From Harriotta raleighana (taxonomy: Eukaryota): 64,000 nucleotides of DNA. The notes under the pieces are model-generated. The model searched no databases. It saw only the letters and a program-made list of their open reading frames with translations, and was not told where the DNA came from. Below, piece after piece: positions 48,626 through 61,879 of this stretch. Position 1 is the stretch's first letter. Every line of letters begins with the position of its first letter. Made by a program: the position numbers and the translations under genes. Location: NCBI GenBank assembly GCA_050575255.1, contig JBNZDD010013599.1, positions 1,863,053 to 1,927,052 on the forward strand. Direction: 5' to 3'.

Positions 48626-50388
48626 AAGATATCTGGGATGGGGTGGGGGGGGGAAATGGTTGTGGCTTTAGCTACACAAACTAAAAAAAAGTCTCTCATA
48701 CGATCACTGGTCTGTCTTGAGTTGGCCCATCTGTTGGCGATGCTAAAATTGGTATCACTGTTCCTGAGCCAAGGAAGGGAAAAAATATCTGTACATCATC
48801 CTCCTGACACTCCTCTAACCAGCAATGAACAATCAACTGTAAATGTGAATCTGGATATCAGCTGAGAGCAGTGTGGGGTTTCCTTATGCCCTCTCCTCCC
48901 ACCCCTCTCTTCCCTCCCCCTTCCCCTGGTGAAATAGGTTGCTGTCACTCACTGAACAGGATCACAGATGAGGAAAGGTCACTTGGGTGATTGACCAGAA
49001 AGCTGCTGATGTCCCAAGAAGTGTGACCCGGCATAAATTGGCACTTTGTAATGCAAAGGATAAGGCAGGAATCAAATGAGCTAGCAAACACGCAATTTTT
49101 CCCCCGTTCTCCAATAAGTCCTTTAAGAAAGATCTTGGGCGTGGGAGCAAAAGCCTCATCGCGAAAACATAGGGATAAAATGCAATTTGTGCAGCTTGCA
49201 TTTCAGTAAATATAAGACACCAATTATGTGATTGTAATGTAGTGTGATCAGTACTGCAAGAAGACAGGACGCAATGTAAGGCAAGGATTTGGGGGCACAA
49301 ATGGCCTTGATTGACTGTTAACATCCAAATAAGCTTAGCACTATTTCATCTCCATGTTAGCTTGCATTATAATAAATGTGATTGTCTTGAAAGATCAAAA
49401 CAATAGATGGAGGGAGTGAATCCATCCATCCGTTTCCCCCCCTCCGTAACAGAGTATTTCGTTTATTTTGGATACATAGAAATATATATGTGTAATGCTG
49501 ACACGAATGGTTTTGCTGTGTGCACAATTATTAAAGCAATAAATGGATGACTTCATTGCTTTTACTTGTATCTTGGTGCTCCCAATAAGTAACCACAGCA
49601 TTCTCTCATAGAGGGGTATGATTTGGGGATGATTAACTCTGGCCTGTGCTTCCACTGAATCGCCCACAAGCTTCGCGCAGAGATCTAAGGCTGCCCGCCT
49701 CCTCTGACCATATCTAAATCCATTCATGTCCGAAAAGCATCTGAAATTGTACTGCGTCCAGCGATGCGTGCAGTAACCACAATTCACCACTTTTGTACGA
49801 GGGAGACATCAGCACAGCTTCAGCTTTTAATAAATGACATTAAAAGCTGCTTGTAGCCACTCAAAACCCAATTCCCTTCGCTTTCATAAATCGTGCGGTA
49901 ATTTTCCCAGATGGTGAAATTCTTCCCCACTTGGCTCTCGGAGTACATTACTCAGTAACCCTACACAATATTTTTTCAGCACTGCGAGGGCTGTGAGCTG
50001 CTCTCCTCGAACGCTTCGGTGGTGGTTTAATAGGTATGTCTTCCACCACAGGCGGACAGGACAAAGGCTGAATGAGTTGAACCTGAGGGCAAGCAAACAG
50101 CAGTTAAAATAGATAGGGGAATGGCCCAATTTTGTTCGTGGAGCCCACTGCATGAATCCAAATTCAAAACTGCAATGCAAGCCTGAGGAAATTTACTAAT
50201 GCATGAAAGGCAATCCCCACATCTTCACGACTAGCTTATATCAATCTCGCCTGAAACAGCACTGCTTGCCTTTTGCCCTCTGAATGCCAAAGTTAATGGC
50301 GGGGAGATTATAAGGCTGCTTTCATGTTGACCATTTGCACTCGCTTACTGTGGGTTTATTTGCGGCTTCCTTGGAAATGAAAGCGCAA

Positions 50389-50642
50389 GCTCCTCCGATG
50401 GCCTCGTGGGTAAAGACACCGCGATAGAGCACTAATCCTTAAAGACCCACGTTAGCAAGTTTGAATCCTGGTCTGCACGGAGGCAACTGATAATATCAGG
50501 CATTGCTGTGTTTGGGCATCAACTGTGGGTAATATCAGTGTCTGAGGAAATCAGCAAGAATTTTTACTCCTGACCAATATCTAGGCATTCTTGACAGCGG
50601 GTCCACATTAAGGAGGGGGAGGATGAGGTTTGGCTGCCATGT
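50389..50642 (+). mobile_element. Ancient tRNA-headed SINE relic (AmnSINE2-like; family name tentative)
   Basis: gatggcctcgtgggtaaa...gtttgaatcctggtctg...gaaatcagc...ctcctgacc...aggatgaggtttggctgccatg. Confidence 0.55.
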
Positions 50643-50649
50643 GTGCGAA

Positions 50650-51086
50650 TAACAATCCATGCATTTGATATAATGCTTTGTTGCGTCATCCAAACGTCTC
50701 AAAATATTTCACAGGATTTTTCTGCAGAGCGTAGAAACCGCGTAACTCATAGGCTGAACAGGACAGATAGTCGGCCGATGATAATATCTCCCCCCAAAAT
50801 ACAGTCACAAAGCGAATGATCCATTTGATCTGCGGATTGTTGGCCAGGAGACCGGGTAGCTACTCCCTTCTCTTTTGGAATAGTAACAAGGGTTCTTTGA
50901 CGTCCATCTGAACAGGCCTTCGGACCTCACTTTAACGACGCTTCCAAATGTCAACGCCTCTGAAATGTAGCACTTTCTCACCGTGGTGTGGTGTCAGCCT
51001 CAGCCTCAAATTCCCAATGTGGTCCTTGCATCCGCAACCTTGTGACTCGTGGGTGAGAGTGCTCTAAACTAAGCCAAATTGACACC
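50650..51086 (-). mobile_element. Old full-length DeuSINE (SacSINE1-like)
   Basis: Minus-strand head gtcaatttggcttagtttagagcactctcacc...gagtcacaaggttgcgg; Deu core cagatggacgtcaaagaaccc...ctattccaaaagagaagggagt...cctggccaac; L2-like tail. Confidence 0.88.
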
Positions 51087-51795
51087 TGCAATCCAGCGAT
51101 GCAAAAGGTTTTTTTTTATTTCCATGCTGACAAATTAATTCCACATAAGTAAATGAAATATAATACTAGCATCAATAAGGAAGCCATGAGGGTATTGCTT
51201 TGGCTAGGGAAGCCTACTTTAAATAGCACAAAGACAATTTGCAAGATTTACAGATTGGAGCAGCAATAATACTCTATTAATATTAGGAAGTTATATTTAA
51301 AACCAAAAGATTAAATCTTGTACATTCTCAGTATTATTGTGAAGTAGGAAGGTCCAGTAATGTTATCAGGAGTCTTTTGTTTTCCATTGATAACATTATT
51401 TAACGCCCACAATATCTGTCCAAAGTCTATCTGCATCTGGCACTGCAGCTGGCTATGGGAAGGGGAACCCCAGAGAGGCTTAATTTAGTCATAGATTGCT
51501 AACACTTACTTAATTATAGTCCTGTTCCAAGGGAGTTGTAGTCCATTGGCTTTATTGATGCTTACCTATATTTAAGTTCCATTTTGGGGGGAAAAGACAG
51601 CTGTTTTCAGCCACACTTAGAAAACCCAACATCGCCGTGCTAATTATTTTACACAAATGTTTTTACACTTACCTATTTTTTCCAATTGTCAATTAGTTCA
51701 CTTATCAAACCACCCTTGGCTTTTTAAAGCGATGTCTGGTTCAAGATTGTAAACGCGAATAAATTTCGCTTTGATTCTGACATTCTGAATCAGAA

Positions 51796-51839
51796 ACAAC
51801 AACAACAACAAAATTACACTTATAGAGCGCGTTTCACGT
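51796..51839 (-). mobile_element. Young L2 tail cut by N
   Basis: aacaacaacaaaattacacttatagagcgcgtttcacgt, then N at 51840. Confidence 0.85.
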
Positions 51840-51868
51840 NGCCAAGATGCTAAATTGTTGTTCAATTA

Positions 51869-52146
51869 AATACCAGGAATGGGGAACCTTAGCTATGAGG
51901 ACAGGCTGGAGAAGTTAGGACTTTTCCCATTAGAGCAGAGAAGATTACGCGGGGACCTGATAGAGGTCTTCAAGATCATGAAAGGTTTCGATAGGGAAAA
52001 GCTGTTTCCGCTGGTAGGTGTGTCTGTGACCCGAGGTCACAGTCTTAAGATATCTACCAAAAGAAGCAGAGGGGAGGTTAGAAGAAATGTTTTCACTCAG
52101 AGAGTTGTTCGAATTTGGAATGATCTGCCTGAAAGGGTAGTGAGGT
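51869..52146 (+). mobile_element. CR1 LINE ORF2 C-terminal fragment, open frame, cut by N
   Basis: IPGMGNLSYEDRLEKLGLFPLEQRRLRGDLIEVFKIMKG...TRGHSLK...RRNVFTQRVVRIWNDLP, canonical CR1 motifs. Confidence 0.96.
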
Positions 52147-53962
52147 NCTAGTCCCCAAGTTGTTATCTTTCCAACAAATTGCACTTCTGTGTTTTTTTCT
52201 TTCATTTTACATTGTTTGATTCCCCTCGACTTCTGGCCTCATAGCGTACTTGGAACTGAAAGGACAGAATTGGATTCAGATTGCTTCCAAGTCTTGGTAA
52301 ATCCGCCGACTGTCTGATAAGAAGTACACGCCTCTAAGCCCTGTTCAGAAGGGTTCCCAAAGCAATGGAACTTAGTGAACAAGCACCGCACACCTCTATG
52401 GAGACATTTTATGCCACAGGAATGCAAAGCGAACTTTAAAAAGATGACAAAAGTCGCAGAAATCCTTCACAAAAATGGAATCCAAAGGTTTTGTCCAGTC
52501 AGTTTGGAGCCTTGAAGAATTGTCAATGCAATCCCACAACAAACTTCCCACATTATTTGGTGAGGTAACATCCTCCATTGTTTTCCTGACTTTGGCTTTA
52601 GCAGCAAACTGAAGTTATAGATCTAACACATGCGATTGTGTGGCAACAACACACCACAGACAACACACAGAATTATTGGAAGAGAATGAACCTCGAAACG
52701 CTTGGGAGAACCCAGTTTTAACTCCGAAATTCTGTATGGCGTAAACGGACAACTTACATTCATTTGTGAACGTTCCAGGAGCAACTTTCTTTGAGTTGTG
52801 AAACTCAAGTTCAAAAAAAAATTGGCTAAAAAATATAGAAATGATTCTTGATCAGCTGTTTGCTTGTATCAGAATATGTTTCATCAATATTTACTTCTCA
52901 CTTAGCATTCAGTGGTCCTATCCATTTGTCAGACTTGATATACACTATGGTTTTGGTGTTGAGAACTGTACACAACCCATCTGGGTTGAGTCAGTCCAAT
53001 TGTCGGTGACTTGAAAGGACTCGCTAAAACCACTGCATCGAATGGCATTGCTTGTTCCTCAGCCTTGAACGAGACTAAACTCTGAGATCATGTTCTTAGT
53101 ATCTGCACAGGAACATACAAACTGCAAAGGGGCTGGGAGATTTATCAGGAGAGTTGCCATACACGCAGAACAGTTAAAAAGGACATGGTTGATGGTCAAT
53201 AAGACTGGGTTAATTCTGCACTCCACGGATCACTCAAGAAGACACAGATCTTACAAACAAGTCTCTGATGTCCTTCAGCCAAACCGTTAGATACTTTGTC
53301 CTCTCTGCGCATGAAGGTTGTTAAGTGAAGCAAATACTATACCAGGTAAACATTCTGCTGTCCGTATTTTTGGAAGCTGCACAACCCTATACATCATACG
53401 TGAATAATTCACTAGATTTGCATTCATCTAAACGATGAGATGTCTGAAATGATAATGGATTTTTTTCAGAAGCTTTTGCTCATTTCCAGTGATACTGTGA
53501 TTACATTACACGATGCTCGTCAGATTGTCGTTTCCATCAATATTTATCCAATGGACTGACCCAAGTGAAGCATGCTCGAGAAACAATACCACCAGCCCAC
53601 ACCAGGAACGTCGGAACTGCCCGTTGAATAAATATTTGTGTGTCCTATCTTTTTATATTGATAGCATGGGCGTAAACGGAACTGAGTTCAATAATAAATG
53701 ATCTTGCTGAGATCGGGCAGGTACGTGGAAATATCAGTGAAGTGGACTTTCCATGAATTAGCTAGCCACACACCAGAAAAAACAAATCGATTCCACCTGA
53801 ATTGTTGGCTGTGAGGTTTCTGTGTGAAGTGCGTATCACACCATAGCACTCCAGGGATATAACTGCTCTTAATTTGGTACGAAATTAAGGCTCTAAAATG
53901 CCTGGGTGGTAAAGTAGAATAATGGCACATTAGGGTAGTAGCGAGTGATTTTTCTTTCAGTT

Positions 53963-54034
53963 GAGACTGAAGCACACTATTGAGGGGGGCAGAAACTCGA
54001 GACTGAAGCACACTATTGGGGGGGAGCAGAAACC
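53963..54034. repeat. Tandem duplication of a ~36-bp unit
   Basis: gagactgaagcacactattg-G-run-cagaaac twice, with no N between copies. Confidence 0.85.
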
Positions 54035-55719
54035 GAGGGAGCGTTAGGCTGCTTTGAACTTCCGGTGTGTCGCTGAGCTGGGAACGCTTTAACGCAGACG
54101 CCGGGGGTGCCTAATAATACCCTGCCCATTTCACGCTGCGGATACACATCAGCTTCATGAGCAAAAAAAACGCTCGCCAAAATAGTGTGTGTGTGTAAAA
54201 AAAAANTTGAACTTCCGGTGTGTCGCTGAGCTGGGAACACTTTAACGCAGACACCGGGGGTGCCTAATAATACCCTGCCCATTTCACACTGCGGATACAC
54301 ATCAGCTTCACGAGCAAAAAAAACACTCGCCAAAATAGTGTGTGTGTGTAAAAAAAAAGATTCTGTCATCGTTGTCGTGGCTGTGAATATTGGAACCATT
54401 TTAATCGGTTGGTTCGGGTCACCAGTGGTAATCTGGTTGCTGAGAGAATCCTGTTGTTCTGTGCATGATTTCCGGTAATGTATGATGGAAGAGGAAGCAG
54501 CTGATGAAATTTAAACCATCAGCAAGTTCTGTATTGCCCAGATAAGGAATGGAAAGAGATCTGTACAATTCCTCTATGATGGATGTTATCTTATGGATTG
54601 AACAGCGCACCAATCCATGCTTTGAAATGTATCCCCCCCACCCCCCCCTCCCGCCCCCCGTGACCAATAAACTGTGACTTCTAACTATAGTTTGAAAATA
54701 CAACGGGAAAAAATTAGTTTCTTTTTCTGGGACTGTGGAAATCAATTCTGTCGCAAATAATTTTGCCCTCAAAATAATGAGGGCAAAATGTTTCTGGCCA
54801 TTGTTTTACATCACAGTGCTCTACTCGGCAAGACTGCTTGACTTCATAGTCTAATTGCATTCTTTCTTTCTGGCCTGATTAAACTCCTGGGTTTCAAATC
54901 TGATCGGGCGCAATCTCTGTCGGCGAAGCGAACTGAAGTGGGCCAGAATTGAATGGCGGACGTTGAAGTTTGTTCCAAATAAAGCACATGCCAAATCGAA
55001 TTCTATTGAGAATAAATCTGGATTAATTCAGAAACTGAAGCCTTTATTCAAGCCGGTTTCTCATTCTAACAGTTTATCATTGGCAAGTCTCTCCCACTGG
55101 ATATTATTGGAGAATGCATCAAGAACAAGCGTTGAATTATAAGAAAGGGCTGGTTTGTATTCGATACTGCCACTGTGCATTGTGTGAATAGACCACCACT
55201 GCTAATGTTCACGAGAATGAATGATTAATGTAGCGCTTTTTATTGTGTACCAATAAAAATTACACAAGAGAACCTGGTTGCTGCAAATAAGTACACATGT
55301 GTATTGTAATTCACACACTCGTGTGTGATGGCACCAATTAAGCAGCATAAGCATCCCTCAAATGTTCTTCCTGTGACAAAACAGCCATGCAAACTGTACA
55401 TCAATTTTATTACGAGAGCAATACTCACATCGGACAGCTCCACATTTGCAACATTCATTTTCTTTTAATGTGTGCAAGGCGACCAGTGATACACGCTGAA
55501 TCCATAGGCTAACCCTGGGGTTTTGGTGTTCTTCCACTCTGTCTATCGTGTGTTGAAAGTTAGTTTACTAGATTATTTAGTGAAACATTCTAGACTTCAG
55601 CGACCACACAGATTGTTCCATTAGCGCATAGCACTCACTCATCCCACCCACATCCATCTAGTTCACCATTTCTGCAGCGTTCATGTCACAAAAGCAACTT
55701 AAAGTCAGCAAAATGTTAC

Positions 55720-55762
55720 TAGGAATGACAGCAGGAATGTTAGGAAAGACAGCCGGAATGTT
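55720..55762. repeat. Two copies of a 21-bp unit
   Basis: taggaatgacagcaggaatgt / taggaaagacagccggaatgt. Confidence 0.75.
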
Positions 55763-57012
55763 TCATAATCAAATTTTTACACCTCAGTCTATAAATCGTC
55801 AATTACAATGTTTTACGTATACATATATGGCAGCCTGCTTATACAGTCTAATTACTGAGAAGTATTACATTTCAAAACTATAATTCAGTTGTACTAAATA
55901 GAGGTGGAAGAGTTGATACAGTAGAAGTGCAATGCATTAGTAGGTAATAAAATCCAAGATTAAATCCCAACGGTGACCTAAACATGCTCTGTCCTGAAGT
56001 TATTAAAAATAGTTTGAAGAAAAATCAGATTTATCATAACAGATGTCTAGACCATAGATGCATTACTGAAAGACTTTGCATTTCTTTACATGTGTAATGT
56101 GACCTTGGTCTATGCAATTGGTATCATGTCATAATTTTTTATTATCACATAAACTATTTTGATGTAAGACGTACTCTGGCCGGTCTGTTGAACAGAGAGG
56201 AAGTCTTTTTTGATTACTAAAACAATCATTAAATTTCCAGTGCGATAAAAGTTTTACAACAATCTGACTTAGAAAAGCTGGTTTATCAACCGTGATCAAA
56301 TCCTTCTAAGCGCCATCAAATAAATGCTGGGCAAATATATCCCATGTACAAGTGACAACAACTGCTGGAGCCAAAGGCACAAAGCAGAGTGAACAATGTA
56401 CAGTATGCGAGCTGCTGTTAAAATGATACCCTGGACCAGATTAATGGAGCTTAGACGGAACAACTGTCAGTAAAAGGTTAATGTCATATTTTTGTGAGCA
56501 GAATGCACAAATCACTTTTATTATCCCAAGCTCTATCTGGCAAAGCATTTTGCAAACGCATTAAAATGCAAGGTTTCAGCCATTTCCCCCCATGAATGTC
56601 ATTTCTGGATATTTCCCCCTACAAAAAAATGTGGCTGCTTCGCCAGCTACTACATCTTGGCACCCAGTGGGCTGATGCACTCAGTATTCAAATGGAGGCA
56701 TTCACCCTAAACAGAACGTTCTTGCTATATACAACAGACTGTAAAATTATCACTATTCACAGCATTGTTGCTGAAACAAGGTCTTATAGCACAACTGTAT
56801 GTCTCCCGAAGACATGAGGGCAGAAAATGTTGCAATCTCTTGGGATGTTTTGTTTTAGGGTAACTTTCCAATCGCCAAATCTCCAGATATCAGACTCCAA
56901 ATCCATCTGGGAGTGGATTGCTTTCCTAATACTGTAGATATTTTTTATAAATGTTGAGCATATTGTTACTCTTCAAGAGCAATCTACCACAATAAATAGG
57001 AAAGCCAGAGTA

Positions 57013-57650
57013 CAGCTATCCCCCCATTTAGGGTTGCGTTCCTGAAAAACGTCACTTAAATCGAAATGTCATAAATCAGAACGGGTTTCCCCATCCAGTC
57101 CCATTATGTAATCTGAGATGCGTTCTTTTGACAAAATTGCGGACCCTTAAACCCACTAAAATAACACACAAAACACAACAAATTAACACACAAAGTAACA
57201 CACTTAGGCAAGAAGGGGTACTTGAGATAACTGTACATTACTGTACTTTAATACTAGCAAACTTTAATACAGCACAGTACTGGCAAACTTTAATACTGGC
57301 AGTGTGAGGGATGGGAAGTAGGAAGTTGATAGTCTGGTTGCATCTGTAGCTGCAACACACTCCGAATTTGCCAGTATTTTGTCCTTATTCTTCTGTATAG
57401 GAGCCACCAGTCGATCTAGCTAGGCCTAATGCCCTCCCGATGTCCGTAACGTTTTCGCCAGACTTAATGCGCTTTATCACCATCAATTTAGTATCTAAAG
57501 TGATGATTTTGTGGGGTCTCTTACCGCTAGCCGTATTACTGCTGCTCATTTCACTTTCTGGTCTCTTTTCTGACATTGTAGAAACACGGTAGAGGCTGTA
57601 AATCGCTCGAAATTGCTGGGGAATTTTCGGAAATAATACTGACCATGCGT
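57013..57650 (-). mobile_element. Internally deleted Tigger/pogo (Tc1-mariner) DNA transposon
   Basis: ORF 57385-57576 KRPHKIITLDTKLMVIKRIKSGENVTDIGRALGLARST matches the CENP-B-type N-terminal HTH of Tigger transposases; left end TA|cagctatccccc looks like a Tigger TIR; right end not located. Confidence 0.85.
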
Positions 57651-57792
57651 ACTGTCACTTCAAAAGAAGGTGGCTTTTAAACAATGATGTAGTGACATGC
57701 TAATGGCCAGTTCAACAGCTTGGATACAGTATACATACTGCATACTTACTATGAAATTCTATATATTGCGCATATGCAAAAAAACGCGAAAA

Positions 57793-57852
57793 ACATTAAA
57801 CTGAGATTCCATCTACCCATTGAGGTGAACGTAAAAGATTCCATGCAACTTC
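57793..57852 (+). mobile_element. DeuSINE core fragment
   Basis: acattaaactgag...gaggtgaacgtaaaagattccatgcaact. Confidence 0.65.
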
Positions 57853-58093
57853 ATTCCATGAAGTTAAGGTGTGTCCCTTTGGTTCCCAGATGATTGTACA
57901 TTGCCAACAAACTTAATGTGACAAGCTACTCTTCAAAAAAAAAAAATCCTTCTTTTGAATGCACTTATAAATCGATTGATTTGGATATTTTAAGTAGGCA
58001 TGTCATACTTATCAACAGAAGTTATAATGCTATTTATTTTAAAAGACAAATTCCACCAATGAATGTGATATGCCTGAAGATGCTATAAAGAGC

Positions 58094-58164
58094 AGCCTCG
58101 TAACTCAGGCAGTTGAGCATCAGATTTCCAAAGAGAAGGTTGCGTGTTTGCGACCCAGGGCTGC
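58094..58164 (+). pseudogene. Degenerate tRNA-Trp-like sequence (tRNA pseudogene or SINE head)
   Basis: cctcgt...tcagatttcca...agaaggttgcgtgtt aligns with vertebrate tRNA-Trp(CCA) CCTCGT...TCTGACTCCAGATCAGAAGGTTGCGTGTTC; D and T arms are broken. Confidence 0.5.
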
Positions 58165-58391
58165 CTGTCACTCACGCTTGCTTGTCTTTAAGCTGTGCAT
58201 TTTAGTCCTGTTGTGGTCAGGCTGACGTATAGCTTGGTATATTAAAGTCAAACATTTGGTCTCTGCTTCTACGACATGCAACGGTTGTCCCCCACCTCTG
58301 ACTGATTAGGTAACGACACTGGAAATAGCTGTGAACAAGGCGACGGTCGGAACAGTCTCACAGTTGTTCTGAGCCAGAATGTGCTTCGCAA

Positions 58392-58640
58392 GCGGGGCGA
58401 AACCTTGGGCAAGTTTCCTTACTCCACACGCCTAGTAATAATAGCTCAAAGTGTTAAATACTGCAATAATAGCATTGGTCATTTCAATCCACGACTGTTT
58501 GTGGGGACGCTGCCGCGTCACATCCGCAAATTTACAGGTAATTCACTTCACAGCATACTCTGTGAAACACTTTGAGACGTCTAGAAGATGTGAAAAACGC
58601 TCTGTCAAATGCAAGGGTTATTAGTATTATTATTATTATT
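58392..58640 (+). mobile_element. Young SINE lacking most of its head
   Basis: ggcgaaaccttgggcaagtttccttactccaca...aaatgcaaggg(tta)n. Confidence 0.9.
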
Positions 58641-58769
58641 AAAAACAGCCAACGTCAGGTGATGAAAACATGCTCCATCCAGTACATTTATTGAAACTTA
58701 TTGAACGATTTTAAAATGAAACGAACATTTCCAAGTTTCTTTCACCATTTTTTATTTGTCTTCGAATCC

Positions 58770-58908
58770 CACCACAAAACCTACTTCTTCAACCTCTTGT
58801 GTGGTCACTTTCCTCGTTCTCTTGCTCAGTGTTAAACCTCGCCACTGTGAGGGGCTACGTGGTTCTAACCTATGTGAAGGACACAATATAAATGCACGTT
58901 GTTGTTTG
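58770..58908 (+). mobile_element. Old L2 3' end
   Basis: aaaacctacttcttc (KTYFF)...gtgaaggacacaatataaatgcacgttgttg. Confidence 0.6.
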
Positions 58909-61879
58909 ACAACAGACGATCCAACGACTGACTAATCTACTTTGTTCGAACCTCAAAAAAAATCTTTCAAGTTCAAATACAAATGATTCTTATGTGCTGG
59001 ATAAGCTTTACTACCAAGGAATCCACCCTTTCCCGAAGCAGAATGCTGCAGATAAACAGCGTTGTATTGTATGTATGTATACATGAGAGACGTGAATGGA
59101 AGGGAATAGGAGAGGGGATTAGGATGGGTTGAAGCTCCTTCAATATACGTACAAACTTTGACAGGAAGAAGTTGTGTCGAGTGGCCTGTACCTATACTGT
59201 AACGTTCTGTCCAACGCTATGTTAAGTAACCTTGCCAAATTCAGTAATNAAGTTGTGTCGAGTGGCCTGTACCTATACAGTAACGTTCTGTCCAACGCTA
59301 TGTTAAGTAACCTTGCCAAATTCAGTAATCCATTTGACCCCATGAAAATCGATTGGCAATAAAATTTGAATCCAATGTGAAATTCTCCTTGCTGGTGTTT
59401 GCAGGAATGCTGGCGTTGGAAATAGAACGCTGCACATGTTTAAAGCACAGAGAACATTTCTGCTCATTTGAGGCGATGGATAATTTGGAGGAACAAAATA
59501 TTTTTTTCTTTGAAGTCAAGTGATAGCATCAAAGAACCCCCTGGTTAATTATAAATCCCTTAATATGTATCTCCACCAATTTACCCCCAATTCCTCGTCT
59601 ACAGTCTCAGACACAGCACCCATGACCCCCTCCCCTCCCACCCCCTCACCCAACAGTTCACTATCCGGGTGGTAGTTTCATTTCCCATCTCATTTATCAT
59701 GAGTAACAAGTGAGCTGGAGGAGGTACAGTTGGGTTTGATTGATTTACTCTCTGTGCAACTAAACTCAACACTAACTGCCTATTCATACACGTGAAAATA
59801 TTCACCTTGTCAAAATGCGCATCTATCTTTCCTGCAATTTGTGATCTGGTTTTAGTCTCTTATTTGACAGCGTGCCATGCCGCAAATAAAACGATGCAAC
59901 TGTTTTTTTTTTGCTCGTGGAGATTTATAACAGTGGAATCATTATCTTTTAATTATTTGAGAATAATGATCTGACCAGTCAGAAAAAAGAGAAGGAACAT
60001 ATTTATCAGTTCATATCTAGTTGTGTTAAACACTCACTCACTTTACTGTNCTCGTGGAGATTTATAACAGTGGAATCATTATCTTTTAATTATTTGAGAA
60101 TAATGATCTGACCAGTCTAGAAAAAAGAGAAGGGACGTATTTATCAGTTCATATCTAGTTGTGTTAAACACTCACTCACTTTACTGTTTTCATGTTTCAG
60201 TCCTCTTTCGTATTAAAAAAAAAGTTACGAAATATAAATTTATAATGAAATCTCGCAGGTACTCTTTGGTCTGAATCTTTTTAGGTTCCAGAAAAAATTC
60301 TATTGAATGAAACAATTTGTACTTGTGGTACCCAATACTTCAACTATTCCTGCCCTTTGATTTCTTGTATTCTGTACAGATTCAATATCCAATCTGGCTC
60401 AGTCCGTCACTCTGATATTCTGGCCCAAACCAGCCGTTAGCCTACAAGTCATTTAAATTCCCAGTTCTCTCTATATATAGGGGTAGAAATATATATAGAT
60501 TTATAGATGTATAAAAACACACATCCAAGCAAACCAGGAACCTATACGGTGTGAATATAAATGCGTTGTTGTTTTTATAACTACAATATATATATCTATG
60601 GTGTTCACTTAAACCTATTAAACTGAACCAGGTTGTTTGGGAAGTGATAAACCTATTAAAATCCCGATTGTGGGAGAAGGGAGAGAGGCAATCTTAAACA
60701 TCACCTTGTCCTAGCTGCAATTAGAAATGAGGATTTCAGTAAGTAAATAATAGTTTTTTTGAAATATGAATTTCAGGCTGCAATTTAAGATCTGTCTACA
60801 GAGAATTATTACCATTAACATTTCAAGATCCGAATGATGTATTTTCTTTCATCTCTTACGTAAAACTCTCATTCTTTAAGAAACAGCAGTATTTCTTTTA
60901 AGAATCCCCCCCAAAAATTAGGGTTTGATTCTGTTCACGATTTCCTACTTATTCTCACAATTTAGACCTCATTGTGTTCACAACAAAAGTGTACAACATT
61001 TCCCAAAGTTACGGGTAACATTCTGAAAGTGTGTCGTCTTTCAAGCTCCCAACAGCACCTTCGATATGCCTCACACTCGCAATACAAACATCAGTTACTA
61101 TCCCCGATTGAATGCTTCCCATCATAACATGTGCAAAATGGAATCCGAGTGATGTATAATTTTTTAACCAGTGACTTCACATTTTGTGATCACTGCTCTG
61201 TAATCAGAGAGCAACGATTACAAAATGTTACGCCACTGACTGATAAATATATGAAGCAATCGATACTGCCAACTAAACAGAACCATGTGATCCCCATAGA
61301 GAGAGAGAGAGAAATACACCCTGATGTCCTTCTGTCACTTGAACAGTGATCTAACTGGCTTGATTTACAAACAGGTATAAACCAAAGCACTGCTATAAAA
61401 TGTTCTCTTGGTAAGGCAACAGGGTACCTAATTACCCAGGCTGCAAATCCCACACTGTGACATACCATCCGAAGCATTCAAGTCTCAGGCATTTACTGAC
61501 TTCCTGTGGGACACCATATTACTTTCCAATCATTCTGCATTTCATCAAGTGCCTGTAGGATTCTCCCTCTGACGGCCCTTTAAGATCCCTTCCCTGACTG
61601 GTCTCTACTAGCCATGCATGTGTATAGACTCAAAGAGTCAAATTAAAACGTTGAGCTTTTGGGTTCAGTGTCGAAAATGCTGCTTTGAAGCAATGTCTTA
61701 ATTTGACACCGGGAGTTGTACTTCACGTACGTTCTGTGGGAATTAGACACTGGCGGCATCAAGCCAGGAATCACGGGAAAATGTGCACAAAAGCTATCGA
61801 TTTTGGAAGCGAATCTGCTTTGGGTCCATATCCAGTTCCACAAATGTGCAATTAAAAAATGCCAAGGAAACTGAGAACA

